The position numbers and the translations under genes are program-made. Positions 9,875 through 21,151 of a stretch of DNA of 64,000 nt are shown here, piece by piece. The notes under the pieces were generated by a model. The model did not search any database. It was not told the origin of the DNA and saw nothing but the letters and a program-made list of their open reading frames with translations. The DNA comes from an uncultured Candidatus Rokubacteria bacterium (GTDB lineage: Bacteria; Methylomirabilota; Methylomirabilia; Rokubacteriales; CSP1-6). The stretch is from positions 128,001 through 192,000 of the forward strand of contig CAVVEU010000013.1 in assembly GCA_963747235.1 (NCBI GenBank), in the 5' to 3' direction. Numbering within the stretch: position 1 is the stretch's first letter; each line of letters begins with the position of its first letter.

Positions 9875-9904
9875 TTGACAGGTCCGGAGTCCGCGTGCTA
9901 CTCC
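9875..9904 (+). promoter_or_regulatory. Candidate sigma70 promoter for iorAB (TTGACA-N18-TACTCC, with TG extension)
   Basis: Consensus -35 at 9875-9880; SD AGGAG before ATG 9965. Confidence 0.45.
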
Positions 9905-9964
9905 GCGCAGTGACGCCGGGTACGCGCGACACGGGCTTGTCTCAACGACGAGAGGAGAATCGCG

Positions 9965-10431
<467 letters not shown>

Positions 10432-10435
<4 letters not shown>

Positions 10436-12748
10436 GCGCCCGGCGGGCGGAAGGCGCGACCGATCGCTCCCTCGTGCTGGCCAACCTGAGCCGCCGGGGC
10501 TTCCTCCAGGGGATGACCGCCGCCGGTGGCTTCGTCCTCGCGGCCGGATTCTCGTCCGCGGCGCGGGCGGCCGATCCGCCGAAGTACGGCGCCGACGGCA
10601 TGCCCAATGGGTGGGTGGACGACCCGCTGGTCTTCGTGGCCATCGCCCCCGACGGCACGGTCAGCATCACGTGCCACCGCTCCGAGATGGGGCAGGGCGT
10701 GCGGACCGGCATGCCCATGATCGTGGCCGACGAGCTCGAGGCCGACTGGAAGCGGGTGCGCGTGGTGCAGGCGCCGGGCGACGAGAAGCGCTTCGGCAAC
10801 CAGGACACCGACGGCTCGCGCAGTACGCGGCATTTCTTCGATCCGATGCGGCGTTGCGGCGCGGCGGCTCGTACCATGCTCGAGGCCGCGGCGGCCAAGC
10901 GCTGGGGCGTGCCGGTGAGCGAGGTGGAGGCCCGGAACCACGAGGTCGTGCACGCCAAGAGTGGCCGGCGCATCGGCTACGGCGCGCTCGCCAAGGACGC
11001 GGCCCAGCAGCCGGTCCCGTCCCGGGATACCGTGCGCCTCAAGGATCCCTCCAAGTTCCGCTACATCGGCAAGGGCCAGCTCAAGCTCGTGGACGCCCCG
11101 GCCATGGTGACCGGCAAGGCCCAGTACGGCATCGACACGCGGGTGCCCGGCATGCTCTACGCGGTGGTGGCCCGGCCGCCGGTCTACGGGGGCAAGGTGG
11201 TGAGCGTGGACGCCGCCGAGACGCTCAAGGTGCCGGGGGTGCTGAAGGTGGTGGAGATCGAGCAGAGCCCGGCGCCGGCCCAGTTCAACCCGGTGGGCGG
11301 GCGTGGCGGTGGTCGCGAGCAACACCTGGGCGGCCATCCAGGGCCGCCGGGCGCTCAAGGTGGTCTGGAACGACGGGCCCAATGGCAGCTACGACTCGGT
11401 GGCCTTCAAGGCCGCCATGGAGGAGTCCGCGCGCAAGCCCGGCAAGGTCGTGCGCGACAACGGCAACGTGGACACCGCGATGGCCTCGGCCGCGAAGAAG
11501 ATCGAGGCCGAGTACTACATCCCGCACCTCGCGCACGCGCCGATGGAGCCGCCCGCCGCGACCGTGCGCATCACCGGCAGCAAGGCGGAGGTGTGGGGGT
11601 GCTTCCAGTCGCCCCAGGCCACGAAGGATCTCGTGGCGAAGCGGCTGGGCCTGCAGCCGGCCGACGTGACCGTGCACGTCACGCTGCTGGGCGGGGGGTT
11701 CGGGCGGAAGTCCAAGCCCGACTTCGCCATCGAGGCGGCCGTCGTCTCCAAGGCGATGGAGGGCAAGCCGGTCAAGCTGACGTGGACGCGCGAGGACGAC
11801 CTGATGCACACCTACTTCCACACGGTGTCGGTCGAGCACCTGGAAGCGGGGGTGGACGGGCAGGGCAAGCCGGTGGCCTGGCTGCACCGCAGCGTGGCGC
11901 CGACGCTCTTCTCGACCTTCGTGGACGGGGCCAAGAACGAGCACGCGCTCGAGCTCGGCATGGGCGTCATCAACGTGCCGTTCGACATCGCCAACATCCG
12001 CATCGAGAACCCGGAGGCCGCCGCGCACACGCGCATCGGCTGGTTCCGCGCGGTCTCCAATATCCCGCACGCCTTCGCGGTGCAGTCCTTCGTGGCCGAG
12101 CTGGCCGCGTCGGCCGGCCGCGACCCGAAGGACTATCTGCTCGAAGTCATCGGTCCGGCGCGGCGGATCACGCCGGAAGCCCTGTCGGACACCTGGAACC
12201 ACGGCGAGTCACCGGACAGGTACCCGGTGGACACCGGCCGGCTGCGGCGCGTGGTGGAGACGGCCGCGCGCGAGGCGGGCTGGGGCCGGTCGCTGCCCAA
12301 GGGCCGGGGCCTGGGTATCGCCGCGCACTACAGCTTCACGAGCTACGTGGCGACGGTGGTGGAGGTGGCGGTGGACGACGCGGGGGTCATCACGGTGCCT
12401 CGCATCGACGTCGCGGTGGACTGCGGCGCGACGGTCAACCCGGATCGGGTGCGCGCGCAGATGCAGGGCGCCGCGGTGATGGGGCTGGGCATCGCGACGC
12501 TCGGCGAGATGACCTTCAAGGACGGCCGGGCGCAGCAGGACAACTTCCACACCTACGAGGTCACGCGCATGTCGACCTCCCCCCGGGAGACGCGCGTGCA
12601 CATCATCCCCGGCGACTACGCCCAGCCGATGGGCGGGGTCGGGGAGCCGGGCGTGCCGCCCATCGCCCCGGCCCTCTGCAACGCGATCTTCGCGGCCACC
12701 GGCAAGCGCATCCGGCGCCTGCCCATCCGCGAGCAGCTCAAGGCCTGA
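10432..12748 (+). CDS. iorB: Isoquinoline 1-oxidoreductase beta-like molybdopterin subunit with Tat signal (frameshift near 11300)
   Basis: [40 protein letters not shown]. Confidence 0.88.
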
Positions 12749-12754
12749 TCAAGG

Positions 12755-13561
12755 TCAGATCGGTCGCAAGACCAGGGCGTCCCGGCTCAGGGTGACGGTG
12801 AGCGGGCCGAGCGCGGCCAGACGGTCGCGCCGGCTCGCTCGCCCGGCCCGGTAGGAGCCGGTCATCACATCGTGGATCGCCGCGGCGTCGAGGCGCGCCA
12901 CGTGCCGGAGCCGCTCGTGGCGCTCCAGCGTGAACCGCGACGCGAACGCGGCCACCGCCTGATCCACCCGATCCCGCAGCAGCCCGCGGCCGAGCACCGC
13001 CTCCCGCAGCTCGACGAGGTCGTCGGGGCCCGGGATCACCAGCAGCAGCCGGCCGTCGTCGCCGAGCACGCGGCGGAACTCGGCCGGGTTCCGCCGCGCG
13101 GTGATGGACGCCACCACCCTGAAGGACGCGTCGGCATAGGGCAGGGCGCGGTCGGCGTTGGCCACCACGAGGTGCAGGCCGGCGTGTCGCGCGGCCGCCG
13201 CCTCGATCGCGGGCACCGAGAGATCCACGCCGTGGCCCTCGCAGCCGAAGCGGGCCGTGAACGCGGCCACGTAGTGCCCGTCGCCGCAGCCGACCTCGAG
13301 CAGCGCATCCCCCGGGGCGAGGGTCAGCAGGTCTCCGATCGCGCGGGTGAGCTCCGCCTCGAAGCCGCCCGCCAGGAAGCGCCGGCGCGCCGCGACCGCG
13401 GCGGCGGAGTCGCCCGGCCGGGCGGAGCGGCGGTCCTGGGGCTGGAGCAGGTTGACGTAGCCGCGACGGGCCACGTCGAAGGAATGCGCGCGCGGGCAGG
13501 TCAGGCGTTGCCCCTCCCGCGCGAGCGGAAGGCGGCAGGCGCGGACCGAGCAGAGAAGCGT
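12755..13561 (-). CDS. RlmA-like 23S rRNA m1G methyltransferase with N-terminal Zn finger
   Basis: Frame extends upstream of the track start: [12 protein letters not shown]...[20 protein letters not shown]; [13 protein letters not shown]; the apparent start codon reads ACG. Confidence 0.8.
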   Translation of the reverse strand, partial: TLLCSVRACRLPLAREGQRLTCPRAHSFDVARRGYVNLLQPQDRRSARPGDSAAAVAARRRFLAGGFEAELTRAIGDLLTLAPGDALLEVGCGDGHYVAAFTARFGCEGHGVDLSVPAIEAAAARHAGLHLVVANADRALPYADASFRVVASITARRNPAEFRRVLGDDGRLLLVIPGPDDLVELREAVLGRGLLRDRVDQAVAAFASRFTLERHERLRHVARLDAAAIHDVMTGSYRAGRASRRDRLAALGPLTVTLSRDALVLRPI

Positions 13562-13573
13562 GACCAGGAGGGG

Positions 13574-14590
13574 TTACCGTGAGGTGATGACGAAGTCGAT
13601 GGCGCCGGCCTCGCGCGTCACCGTCAGGCGGAGCCGCCGGTCGTGGGCGGCCAGCGCGCCGTGCCACAGCTCGGCCCAGGCGTCGAAGGCGGCCGGGTCG
13701 AGGGGCTCGAGGCCGCGCGCGAGGCGCCAGCCCTTCTGGCGCACGCGGGCCCGGCCGGGCTCGCTCGAGACCTCCACCGTTTCGCCCTGGGCGGCGGCCA
13801 GCGCCGCGAGGTAGCGGGCGAACGCGGCCGGCCCCGAGTCGGCGATGCCCAGGAGCCGCGCGGTCTCGTCGTGGTACTGCATGCCGATCAGCCGCGCGGC
13901 GTGGCCGAGGACCCGTCGCGTGTCGGCGGGCCCCAGCAGCGCGAGCAGGACGGGCAGCGCCGTGCGCACGTACTCCATCGCGTAGCGCGAGACCACGAGC
14001 TCGAGCCGCTCGGCGGGCCAGGCCGCGGGATCGAGGCGCGGGGCGCGGGCCGGATCGGCGTCCGGCATGATCTCACCCGGGGCGAAGCGCACGCGCTCGT
14101 GCTCCAGGAGATCGCGGTCGTGCTCGAGGTAGTAGCCCTCGAGGCCCGGGTGGCCGTCCACGGTCTGGCCGGTGCAGACGAAGCCCAGGCGCGGATTGCC
14201 GAGGGTCACCCCGTTGTGGCCGTGCCAGCCGTGCAGCATGGCCGCGTTCACCCGGCTCGGGATGCCGCAGATCGCCGAGCCGTACCAGATCCAGCGCGGC
14301 GGCGGGTACCGGACCCACGCCTTCCGGTCGGATTCGTACGCGTACTCGGTCTTCACGCCGCCCAGTCGATTCGAGAGGTAGTGGTACTGGGCGCAGGCCA
14401 CCGCGGGGGGCAGGCCGTCCAGGCCGAGCTTGGCGAGCCCGGGCAGGAACTTCTCCAGGTGCTGGCGGCGGAAGAGCCGGAAGACGAACTCGGCGGCCTC
14501 GTCCTCGCTCCGGCGGGTGACCAGGGTGAGGACGAGGCCGGTGAGCAGCGCCTGGTAGAGAACCGAGACGGCCCGGTGGCCTTCCGCCAC
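13574..14590 (-). CDS. Conserved hypothetical protein
   Basis: Clean 338-aa ORF with coding-like composition (ACAQYHYLSN, YPPPRWIW, GWHGHNG); function not recognised. Confidence 0.75.
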   Translation of the reverse strand: MAEGHRAVSVLYQALLTGLVLTLVTRRSEDEAAEFVFRLFRRQHLEKFLPGLAKLGLDGLPPAVACAQYHYLSNRLGGVKTEYAYESDRKAWVRYPPPRWIWYGSAICGIPSRVNAAMLHGWHGHNGVTLGNPRLGFVCTGQTVDGHPGLEGYYLEHDRDLLEHERVRFAPGEIMPDADPARAPRLDPAAWPAERLELVVSRYAMEYVRTALPVLLALLGPADTRRVLGHAARLIGMQYHDETARLLGIADSGPAAFARYLAALAAAQGETVEVSSEPGRARVRQKGWRLARGLEPLDPAAFDAWAELWHGALAAHDRRLRLTVTREAGAIDFVITSR

Positions 14591-14597
14591 GCCGTGG

Positions 14598-15866
14598 TCA
14601 GTCGACGATGGCCGCCTGGACGAGCTGGCGGAACAGGTCGCGGTCTTCTCCGCGCCGCGGGCCGGGCTGTCCCTGGCTCATCCACACCACCACCATCTGC
14701 TCCTTCGGGTCCACCCAGAAGGCGGTGCCGCCCGCGCCGCCCCAGCGGTACTCACCCGCCGAGCCGGTGACCCAGTTGAGGCCCGTCTCCCTGCGCACCG
14801 CGAAGCCCAGCCCGAAGCCGTAGCCGCGGGCCAGAACGGGGGAGGCGATCCGGATATCGCCCACGTGGTCCGACGACATCTGCGCGATGGTGGCGCGGCC
14901 GAGCAGGCGCAGGCGATCGAGCTGGCCGCCGTTGAGGAGCATCTGGGAGAAGCGCGCGTAGTCCATCGTGGTACCCGCGGTGCCCGCGCCGCCCGCGTCG
15001 TTCTTCTGCGGCTGGGTGACGTCCAGCAGCTTGACCTCGGCGCCGGTGACCGGATCCTTGGCGAAGGGCTGCGCGAGGCGGACCACCTTGCCGTTCGGCA
15101 CCAGGAACGCGGTATCCGTCATCTTGAGCGGCGCGAAGATCCGCTCCTGGAAGAACTGGCCGAGCGTCATGCCGCTCACCGCCTCGACCACGCGCCCGAG
15201 CACGTCGGTGGAGATGCTGTACTCCCAGGCACTGCCGGGCTGATGCGCGAGCGGCACCCGCGCGATCCGCGCGATCTGCTCGGCCGGGGTGACCCCGTCC
15301 CAGGTCACGCCTTCCTTGGCGTAGGCTTCCTTCACCACGGCGTGGCTCGTATTCGGGCCGTAGACGAGCCCGGAGGTGTGACGGAGCAGGTCCTGGATCG
15401 TCATCTCGCGCTCGACGGGCACCAGCGTGTAGCTCACCTTGCCGGTCTGGGCATCGAGGCGGGGGACGCTCACCTGAAGATCCTTGAGCTTCGGGAGGTG
15501 CCGGGAGACGGGATCGCTCAGCAGGATGCGCCCGTCCTCGACCAGCATCATGGCCGCGACCGAGGTGAACGGCTTGGTCATCGAGTAGAGGCGGAAGATC
15601 GCGTCCTTGGTCATGGGCGCGCCGCTCTGGGGATCGCGCTGGCCGAGCGCCTCGAAATAGGCGATCTTGCCACGCCGCGCCACCAGGGCGACCGCGCCGG
15701 GATAGCGCCCCTTGGCGATCTCGGCCTTGACGGCGTCGGTCACGCGGGCCAGCTTCTGCGAGGAGAGCCCGACGTCCTCCGGGGTCGCGGTGGGCAGGCC
15801 CTGGGAGAAGGCCACGCCGGGGAGCAGCAGGACGAGCAGGGCGACGAGCGCGACGGACCTCTTCAT
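14598..15866 (-). CDS. Exported serine hydrolase, beta-lactamase family
   Basis: Signal peptide; SMTK, LLRHTSG, WEYS, WGGAGGT. Confidence 0.9.
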   Translation of the reverse strand: MKRSVALVALLVLLLPGVAFSQGLPTATPEDVGLSSQKLARVTDAVKAEIAKGRYPGAVALVARRGKIAYFEALGQRDPQSGAPMTKDAIFRLYSMTKPFTSVAAMMLVEDGRILLSDPVSRHLPKLKDLQVSVPRLDAQTGKVSYTLVPVEREMTIQDLLRHTSGLVYGPNTSHAVVKEAYAKEGVTWDGVTPAEQIARIARVPLAHQPGSAWEYSISTDVLGRVVEAVSGMTLGQFFQERIFAPLKMTDTAFLVPNGKVVRLAQPFAKDPVTGAEVKLLDVTQPQKNDAGGAGTAGTTMDYARFSQMLLNGGQLDRLRLLGRATIAQMSSDHVGDIRIASPVLARGYGFGLGFAVRRETGLNWVTGSAGEYRWGGAGGTAFWVDPKEQMVVVWMSQGQPGPRRGEDRDLFRQLVQAAIVD

Positions 15867-15881
15867 GGTGTGGTCTCCTCG

Positions 15882-17439
15882 CTAGGGGTTCTTCAGCCGC
15901 ATGTCTTCGTAGGCCGGGAACGGGTACACCGGGATCGAGTTGACGGTGTGCTCGGCCACCCGCGGGCCCACCCCGATCAGCCCGCGCAGGTCCATCAGCG
16001 GCGCGAACATGACGCGGTCGATCGTCATCTGCTGGATCCGGTGGAGCAGGGCTTCGCGCTTGGCCCGGTCGCGCTCGCGGGCCTGCTGCAGGAAGAGCTC
16101 GTCGAGATCGGGATACCCGCCGTAGGCGGAGGCGCCCTTCGAGTACATGAACGCTTCCACCCGGCTCGCCGCGTTGCCCGAGTTGCCCACCGCGACGAGG
16201 AAGAGCCCCCGCAGCTTCTTCTCCTGCCAGGCCGCGTAGAAGGACGCGCGCTCCATCGGGCGCATCCGCATCCGGATGCCCACCGCGGTCAGGTTGTTGA
16301 GCGCGGCCTCGCCCACGGTGGCGAAGCCGGGGATGGCCACGAACTCGCCGGCGTCGATGCCGCTCGGAAAGCCGGCCTCGGCCAGCAGGCGCTTGGCCCG
16401 CTGCGGGTCGTAGGGATGCGGCGGCACCTGGAGCGCGAAGTCCATCACGCGCGGGACGATGACGCCCGCGGGCGGACAGAAGCCGAGGCAGGCCGCCTCG
16501 CTCGTCGTCTTGCGATCGAGCGCGTAGTTGACCGCCTGCCGCAGCCGCTTGTCGCTCCAGGGCGACTTGGGATCCCACTGGTCGGCGAACTCGATCCAGA
16601 AGATCGAGGCGTGGCGGGTGTCCACGAGCTGCATGCGCGGATCCTTCGTCACCGCCTCCGCCTCGGGCCCGTCCAGGAACAGGGCGAAGTCGGTCTCGCC
16701 GCTCTTCAGCATGGTGAGCCGGGTGGTGCTGTCCGGCACGCTCTTCATGGTGAGCTTCTTGATGTTGGGGACCTTTCCGCCAGTAGCCGGTGAACGCTTC
16801 GAGGGTGATGTCGATGCCCGGCCGCTGGCTCACGAAGCGATAGGGGCCGGCCCCGATCGGCCGCTGGCGGAAGCCGTCCGCGCCGGCCTGCTCGGCGTAC
16901 TTGCGGGGCAGCACGATGCCGGCGGCGGAGGCGGTGGTGCCGTAGAAGGTCATGAAGTCCGGCCAGGGCTCCTTCAAGTGGAAGCGGATCACGAGGGGAT
17001 CCACGATCTCCACCTGCCGCACGCGCGCCCGGAACTCCTTGGCGCCCGCGCCCTGGTAGCGCTCGAAGCTCCACTTCACGTCGTCGGTGGTGAGCGGCGT
17101 CGCCGTTGTGGAACTTGAGGCCGCGGCGCAGCTTGAACTCGTAGACGAGCCCGTCGGCGCTCTCCGTCCACGACTCGGCCAGGCTCGGCCCCATCTTCTG
17201 GCCGGGGAGCGGGCGGACCAGCGCGTCGTGGATCGCGTACAGCACGCCGAAGGGCGTGATCTGGGGCGGGCGCGGTCGAGGGATCGAACCAGCTCGGCGC
17301 GAGCGTCACGTGGAAGGAGACCGCGATTTCTCCGGCCGGCCCGGCCGGGGCGGGCGTCTGGGCCGGACGCGGGCGTCAGCGCGGCCAGGAGCAGGACGGC
17401 GGCGACGGCGACGGTACCGATGATCGGGCGAGGGGACAT
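15882..17439 (-). CDS. Family 5 (peptide/nickel) ABC solute-binding protein (several frameshifts)
   Basis: Signal peptide; LAESW, FHNG, PIGAGPYRF, RLRQAVNYALDR. Confidence 0.85.
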
Positions 17440-17461
17440 CGTTGACCCTCCCTTCCACCCC

Positions 17462-18518
17462 TCAGGCGTAGGCAAAGGCCCGCCGGGGGTTGTCGATCAA
17501 GAGCGTCTGGACGATCTTGTCGTCGGCGCCCTTGGCGCGCAGGCGCGGGATCACGTTGACGAGCAGGTGATGGTAGCCGAAGCCGCCCCACCGGGTCAGG
17601 CAGTGCTTGTAGGCGATGTCGTGCGACATCAGGATCTGGCCCAGGTGGCCGCGCTCGATCAGGAACAGGATCTGGCGCATGCGCTCGCCGTCGTTGGGCA
17701 TGTCGAAGGCGGGATTATAGGGGTAGTACGAGGTCTCGAGGCCGAAGAGGTCGTACTCGAGCCGCACCCCGGTCGCGGCCAGCTCGAGCAGCACCGCCGG
17801 ATCGGCGATGGTGCGCTCGATGTGGCACATGATGGTGCGCCCGAGATCGGCGCCTTCCTTCCTGATGAAGTCGACGATGGCGAGCGGCAGCCGCTCGTGG
17901 CGGCCGGGATGGATCATGAGCGCCGCTCCGGTCTCCCGCTGCGCGGCCACCGCGGCCCGCACCACCTTCTTCTCGTTGTCGGTCCAGGGCCAGGTGGTGC
18001 CGATCTCGCCGATGAAGCCCGCGCGCACCCCGGTGCCGTCCACGCCCTCGGTGAGATCGGTGACCAGCTCGCGCGCGATGTCGTCGGCGGTGCGCCGGTC
18101 CATGTCCGGCGGATGCGCGGCGGCCACGTAGTAGCCCGAGCCCATGATGATGTTGAGGCCGGTGGCGCGGGCCACGCGCGCGAGCGCGAGCGGATCCCGC
18201 GCGAGCCCGCGATTCGTCGGGTCCACGAAGGTCTGGCCGCCCGCGTGCTTGAAGAGCAGCGCCTCGTCGCGGGCGACCGCCTCGTCGAGGAGCTGCAGGT
18301 TGTCGAGGTTCGAGCTGAAGTTGTGGCGGACCCAGCCGAGGTTGGCCAGGCCCACCGGCTGCCGGGCCAGGCCCCGCTCGGCGCCGTTGGCGGGTTCCCG
18401 GAACATCACCTCGAAGTCGATCAGGAGATGCTCGTGGGGCAGCGTGATTCCCATCGCCTCACCGGCGATGGGGCCGAGCACGGTCTGGGCCTGTCCCGAC
18501 GAGGCCGGGGCCTGGCAT
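17462..18518 (-). CDS. Phosphotriesterase-related protein (PHP/PTER type; frameshift just after the start)
   Basis: QTVLGP, TLPHEHL, GFIGEIG (Glu at the bridging-ligand position), IHPG, MCH, MSHD, DNPRR. Confidence 0.88.
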
Positions 18519-18534
18519 GCCTGGCGCCGGGCGC

Positions 18535-19704
18535 CTAGACGTTCTGGTACACGCTGGTCTCGAACTTGCCGAACAGGTCGATCGCGGTGTCGTCGCAGAA
18601 CGGAAGGAGCTGGGACGCGAAGACGCCGCACACGCGCTTGGTGCGATCGATCCAGAAGTAGGTGTTGGCGAGCCCGGCCCAGGCCAGCGAGTTGGCCGAG
18701 CGGCCGCCGGGCACCGCCTTGGTGTTGATCAGGAAGCTCAACCCCCACTTCTTGCTCATGCCCGGGAAGAGCTCGACGTCGTTCGAGAGCGGCGGCATCG
18801 CGGTCTTGAGCACGCCGACCTCGAGATCGCCGATGTGGTTCTGGGCCATGAGGTCCACCGTGCTCTTCTGCAGCACCTGCGCGCCGTTGTGCGTGCCGCC
18901 GTTCACGATCATGCGGCAGAACTGCCAAGATAGTCGGGAACGGTGCCGTAGAGGCCGCCGCCGCCCATGTGGAACTCCGGCTCCTGCGGGAGGCCGAACT
19001 CGATCGGGGCCAGGGCGCCGTCCGGTCCGCGCCCGTGCACCGCGGAGAGCCGCTCGCGCTGCGAGGCCGAGAGCTTGAAGGAGGTGTCCTTCATGCCGAG
19101 CGGCCCGAGGATATTGTCCTGGAGGTAGCGGTCGAGCCGCTGGCCGCTCACCGCTTCGACCATCTTGCCGACCCAGTCGATGTTGATGCCGTAGTCCCAC
19201 TTGTCACCCGGATCGAACAGGAGCGGGGTGCCGAGCGCCGCGTTGGTGCAGGTGGTGATGCCCGGGCGTGCCGGTCACCTGCTGGAACTGGGCGATGGCC
19301 GGGCTCCAGATCTCGTAGGAGAAGCCGGCGGTGTGGGTCAGCAGATGCCGCAGGGTCATCGGCCGCTTCGGCGCCCGCAGCCGCGGCTTGCCCGCGGCGT
19401 CGAAGCCCTCGAGCACGCGGACCGCACCCAGCTCCGGCACCACCTCGGCGGCGGGCCGCTCCAGGGAGAGCTTGCCGCGCTCCACGAGCTGCATGGCGGC
19501 GGCCCCGGTGATCGCCTTGGTCATCGAGGCGATCCACACCACGGTGTCGAGGGTCATCGGGGCCGGCTTGCCGATCTCGCGCTGGCCGAAGGCGCCCTCG
19601 TAGAGGACGCCCTTGTCGGTGGTCGCCATGGCCACGATGCCGGGGATCTTCTTCGCGGCGACGGCCTGGCTGAATGTCGTGTCGAGGCTCTTGAAGTCGG
19701 CCAT
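18535..19704 (-). CDS. Serine hydrolase, beta-lactamase-family esterase (frameshifts)
   Basis: ASMTK, LLTHTAG, WDYG, GGGGLYGT, WAGLANT. Confidence 0.85.
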
Positions 19705-19797
19705 GGTCAGCCTCCTTGCTGATGGTGGCGCGGTTGCGGGTAGGCCCGACTGCGGGCGCCCCCGACGCTACCGCCGGGTCCGCCCGAGATCAAGCGC

Positions 19798-21090
19798 TCA
19801 GGCCGGGGCGGGCACCGGCTCGGGGGCGCCGCCACCACCGCCACCCCCGCGGCCCCGTCCACGCCCCCCGCGCCGACGGCGGCGACGGCGGGACCGGTGC
19901 GGGGCGTCGGGCGTCTCCGGGGAGCCCTCGCTGGCCGGGGCCTCGTTGCCGGGCGTCGCCTCGTCGTCCGCGGCCCCGACTTCCGTCTCCACCGGCTCGA
20001 GCTCGGCGTCCGCCATCGGGCCCGCGTCGGCCGAGGTGGACGCGGCGCCCCCCGCGTCGGCCAGCGTGATGCGGCCGGTCTGGCTCACCACGAGCTGGCG
20101 GATGCGTCGCAGGCGCGTGATCAGCCGGGGCGAGCCCGCCGGCCGGCTGAAGCCGCGCTCCTTGAGGGCGCGGGCGAGCGTGTCGATGAGCACCGCGCCA
20201 TTGGGCGCGTGGTCGGCCAGCTCGCGCACCACCTCCACCAGCTCGTCGTGCGGCGCGGTGTGCGCATCGGGCTCGGCCTGGGCCCGTGCCGGCTCGGCCG
20301 CGCGCGCGGGAGGCGGCGGGCTCGGGGCGGTGCTGCGCGCCGGCATCGGCCCGCGCCCGCCCTGATCGAAGCGGCTCCGGCCCCCGCTCCCGCCCCCGCG
20401 GCCGCCCCGGCGCCGACCGCGTCCGCCGCGCCGGCCGCCGCGGCCCTCGCGGGGCGCCTGCGCCTCGGGCGCGGGCAACTCCTCGGAGGAGGGGACCAGC
20501 CCGGTGAGACCGCGGTGGGACAGGCGGCGATACTCCACGCCCAGCACCGCGGCCACGTCCCCCACCGCGTCGAAGGCGCGATCGTCGGAGATGATCTCGA
20601 TCAGGTCGCCGGGCCGGGCGCTGCCGAGCCAGACGCCCGCGCTCACCGCGATGCGCAGGTCGCTCCAGTCCTTCACGCCGGTGGAGGGCGCGCTGTGGAC
20701 GAGCTGGGCGCCGCGCCGGGCGAGGAGCCGCGCGCTGTCGGCGCCGATGACGCGCCAGTTGCCGACCGCGATCAGGTCCACCCGGCGGTCGGCGCGATCG
20801 ATCGCGAGGTGGTCGAGTACCCGGCCGATGTGGTCGGCGCGGCTCGAGTTCTCCACGTCCACGAAGACGGCGCGCCGCCCGGTCGGCAGCGGCCGCGGCG
20901 GCGCGGGCGGCTGCACTCGGCCGGCGAAGACGCGCTCGGGCGTGGCCGTGCGCACCGCGAGCGCGGTCGTCTCGGGCTCCGGCGGCGCGGCGGGGGGTGG
21001 TGCGGCGACCCGGGTCCGGGTCGGCTTGCTGGGCTTGGTCTTGACGGGTTTTCGGGATCGACTGGGGGTCGCTCGCTTTTTCTTTGCCAT
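19798..21090 (-). CDS. NYN-domain protein with OST-HTH/LOTUS-like domain and low-complexity tracts
   Basis: VFVDVEN, KDWSDLRIA, ISDDRAFD; RG-rich linker; compact C-terminal domain (LIDTLARALKERGF...ITRLRRI). Confidence 0.7.
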   Translation of the reverse strand: MAKKKRATPSRSRKPVKTKPSKPTRTRVAAPPPAAPPEPETTALAVRTATPERVFAGRVQPPAPPRPLPTGRRAVFVDVENSSRADHIGRVLDHLAIDRADRRVDLIAVGNWRVIGADSARLLARRGAQLVHSAPSTGVKDWSDLRIAVSAGVWLGSARPGDLIEIISDDRAFDAVGDVAAVLGVEYRRLSHRGLTGLVPSSEELPAPEAQAPREGRGGRRGGRGRRRGGRGGGSGGRSRFDQGGRGPMPARSTAPSPPPPARAAEPARAQAEPDAHTAPHDELVEVVRELADHAPNGAVLIDTLARALKERGFSRPAGSPRLITRLRRIRQLVVSQTGRITLADAGGAASTSADAGPMADAELEPVETEVGAADDEATPGNEAPASEGSPETPDAPHRSRRRRRRRGGRGRGRGGGGGGGAPEPVPAPA

Positions 21091-21151
21091 GGCTGACGAG
21101 CCTAGCACTTCCGCGCGCGGAGCGGTCGGCCGAAATCCCGGCAGCGATCGT

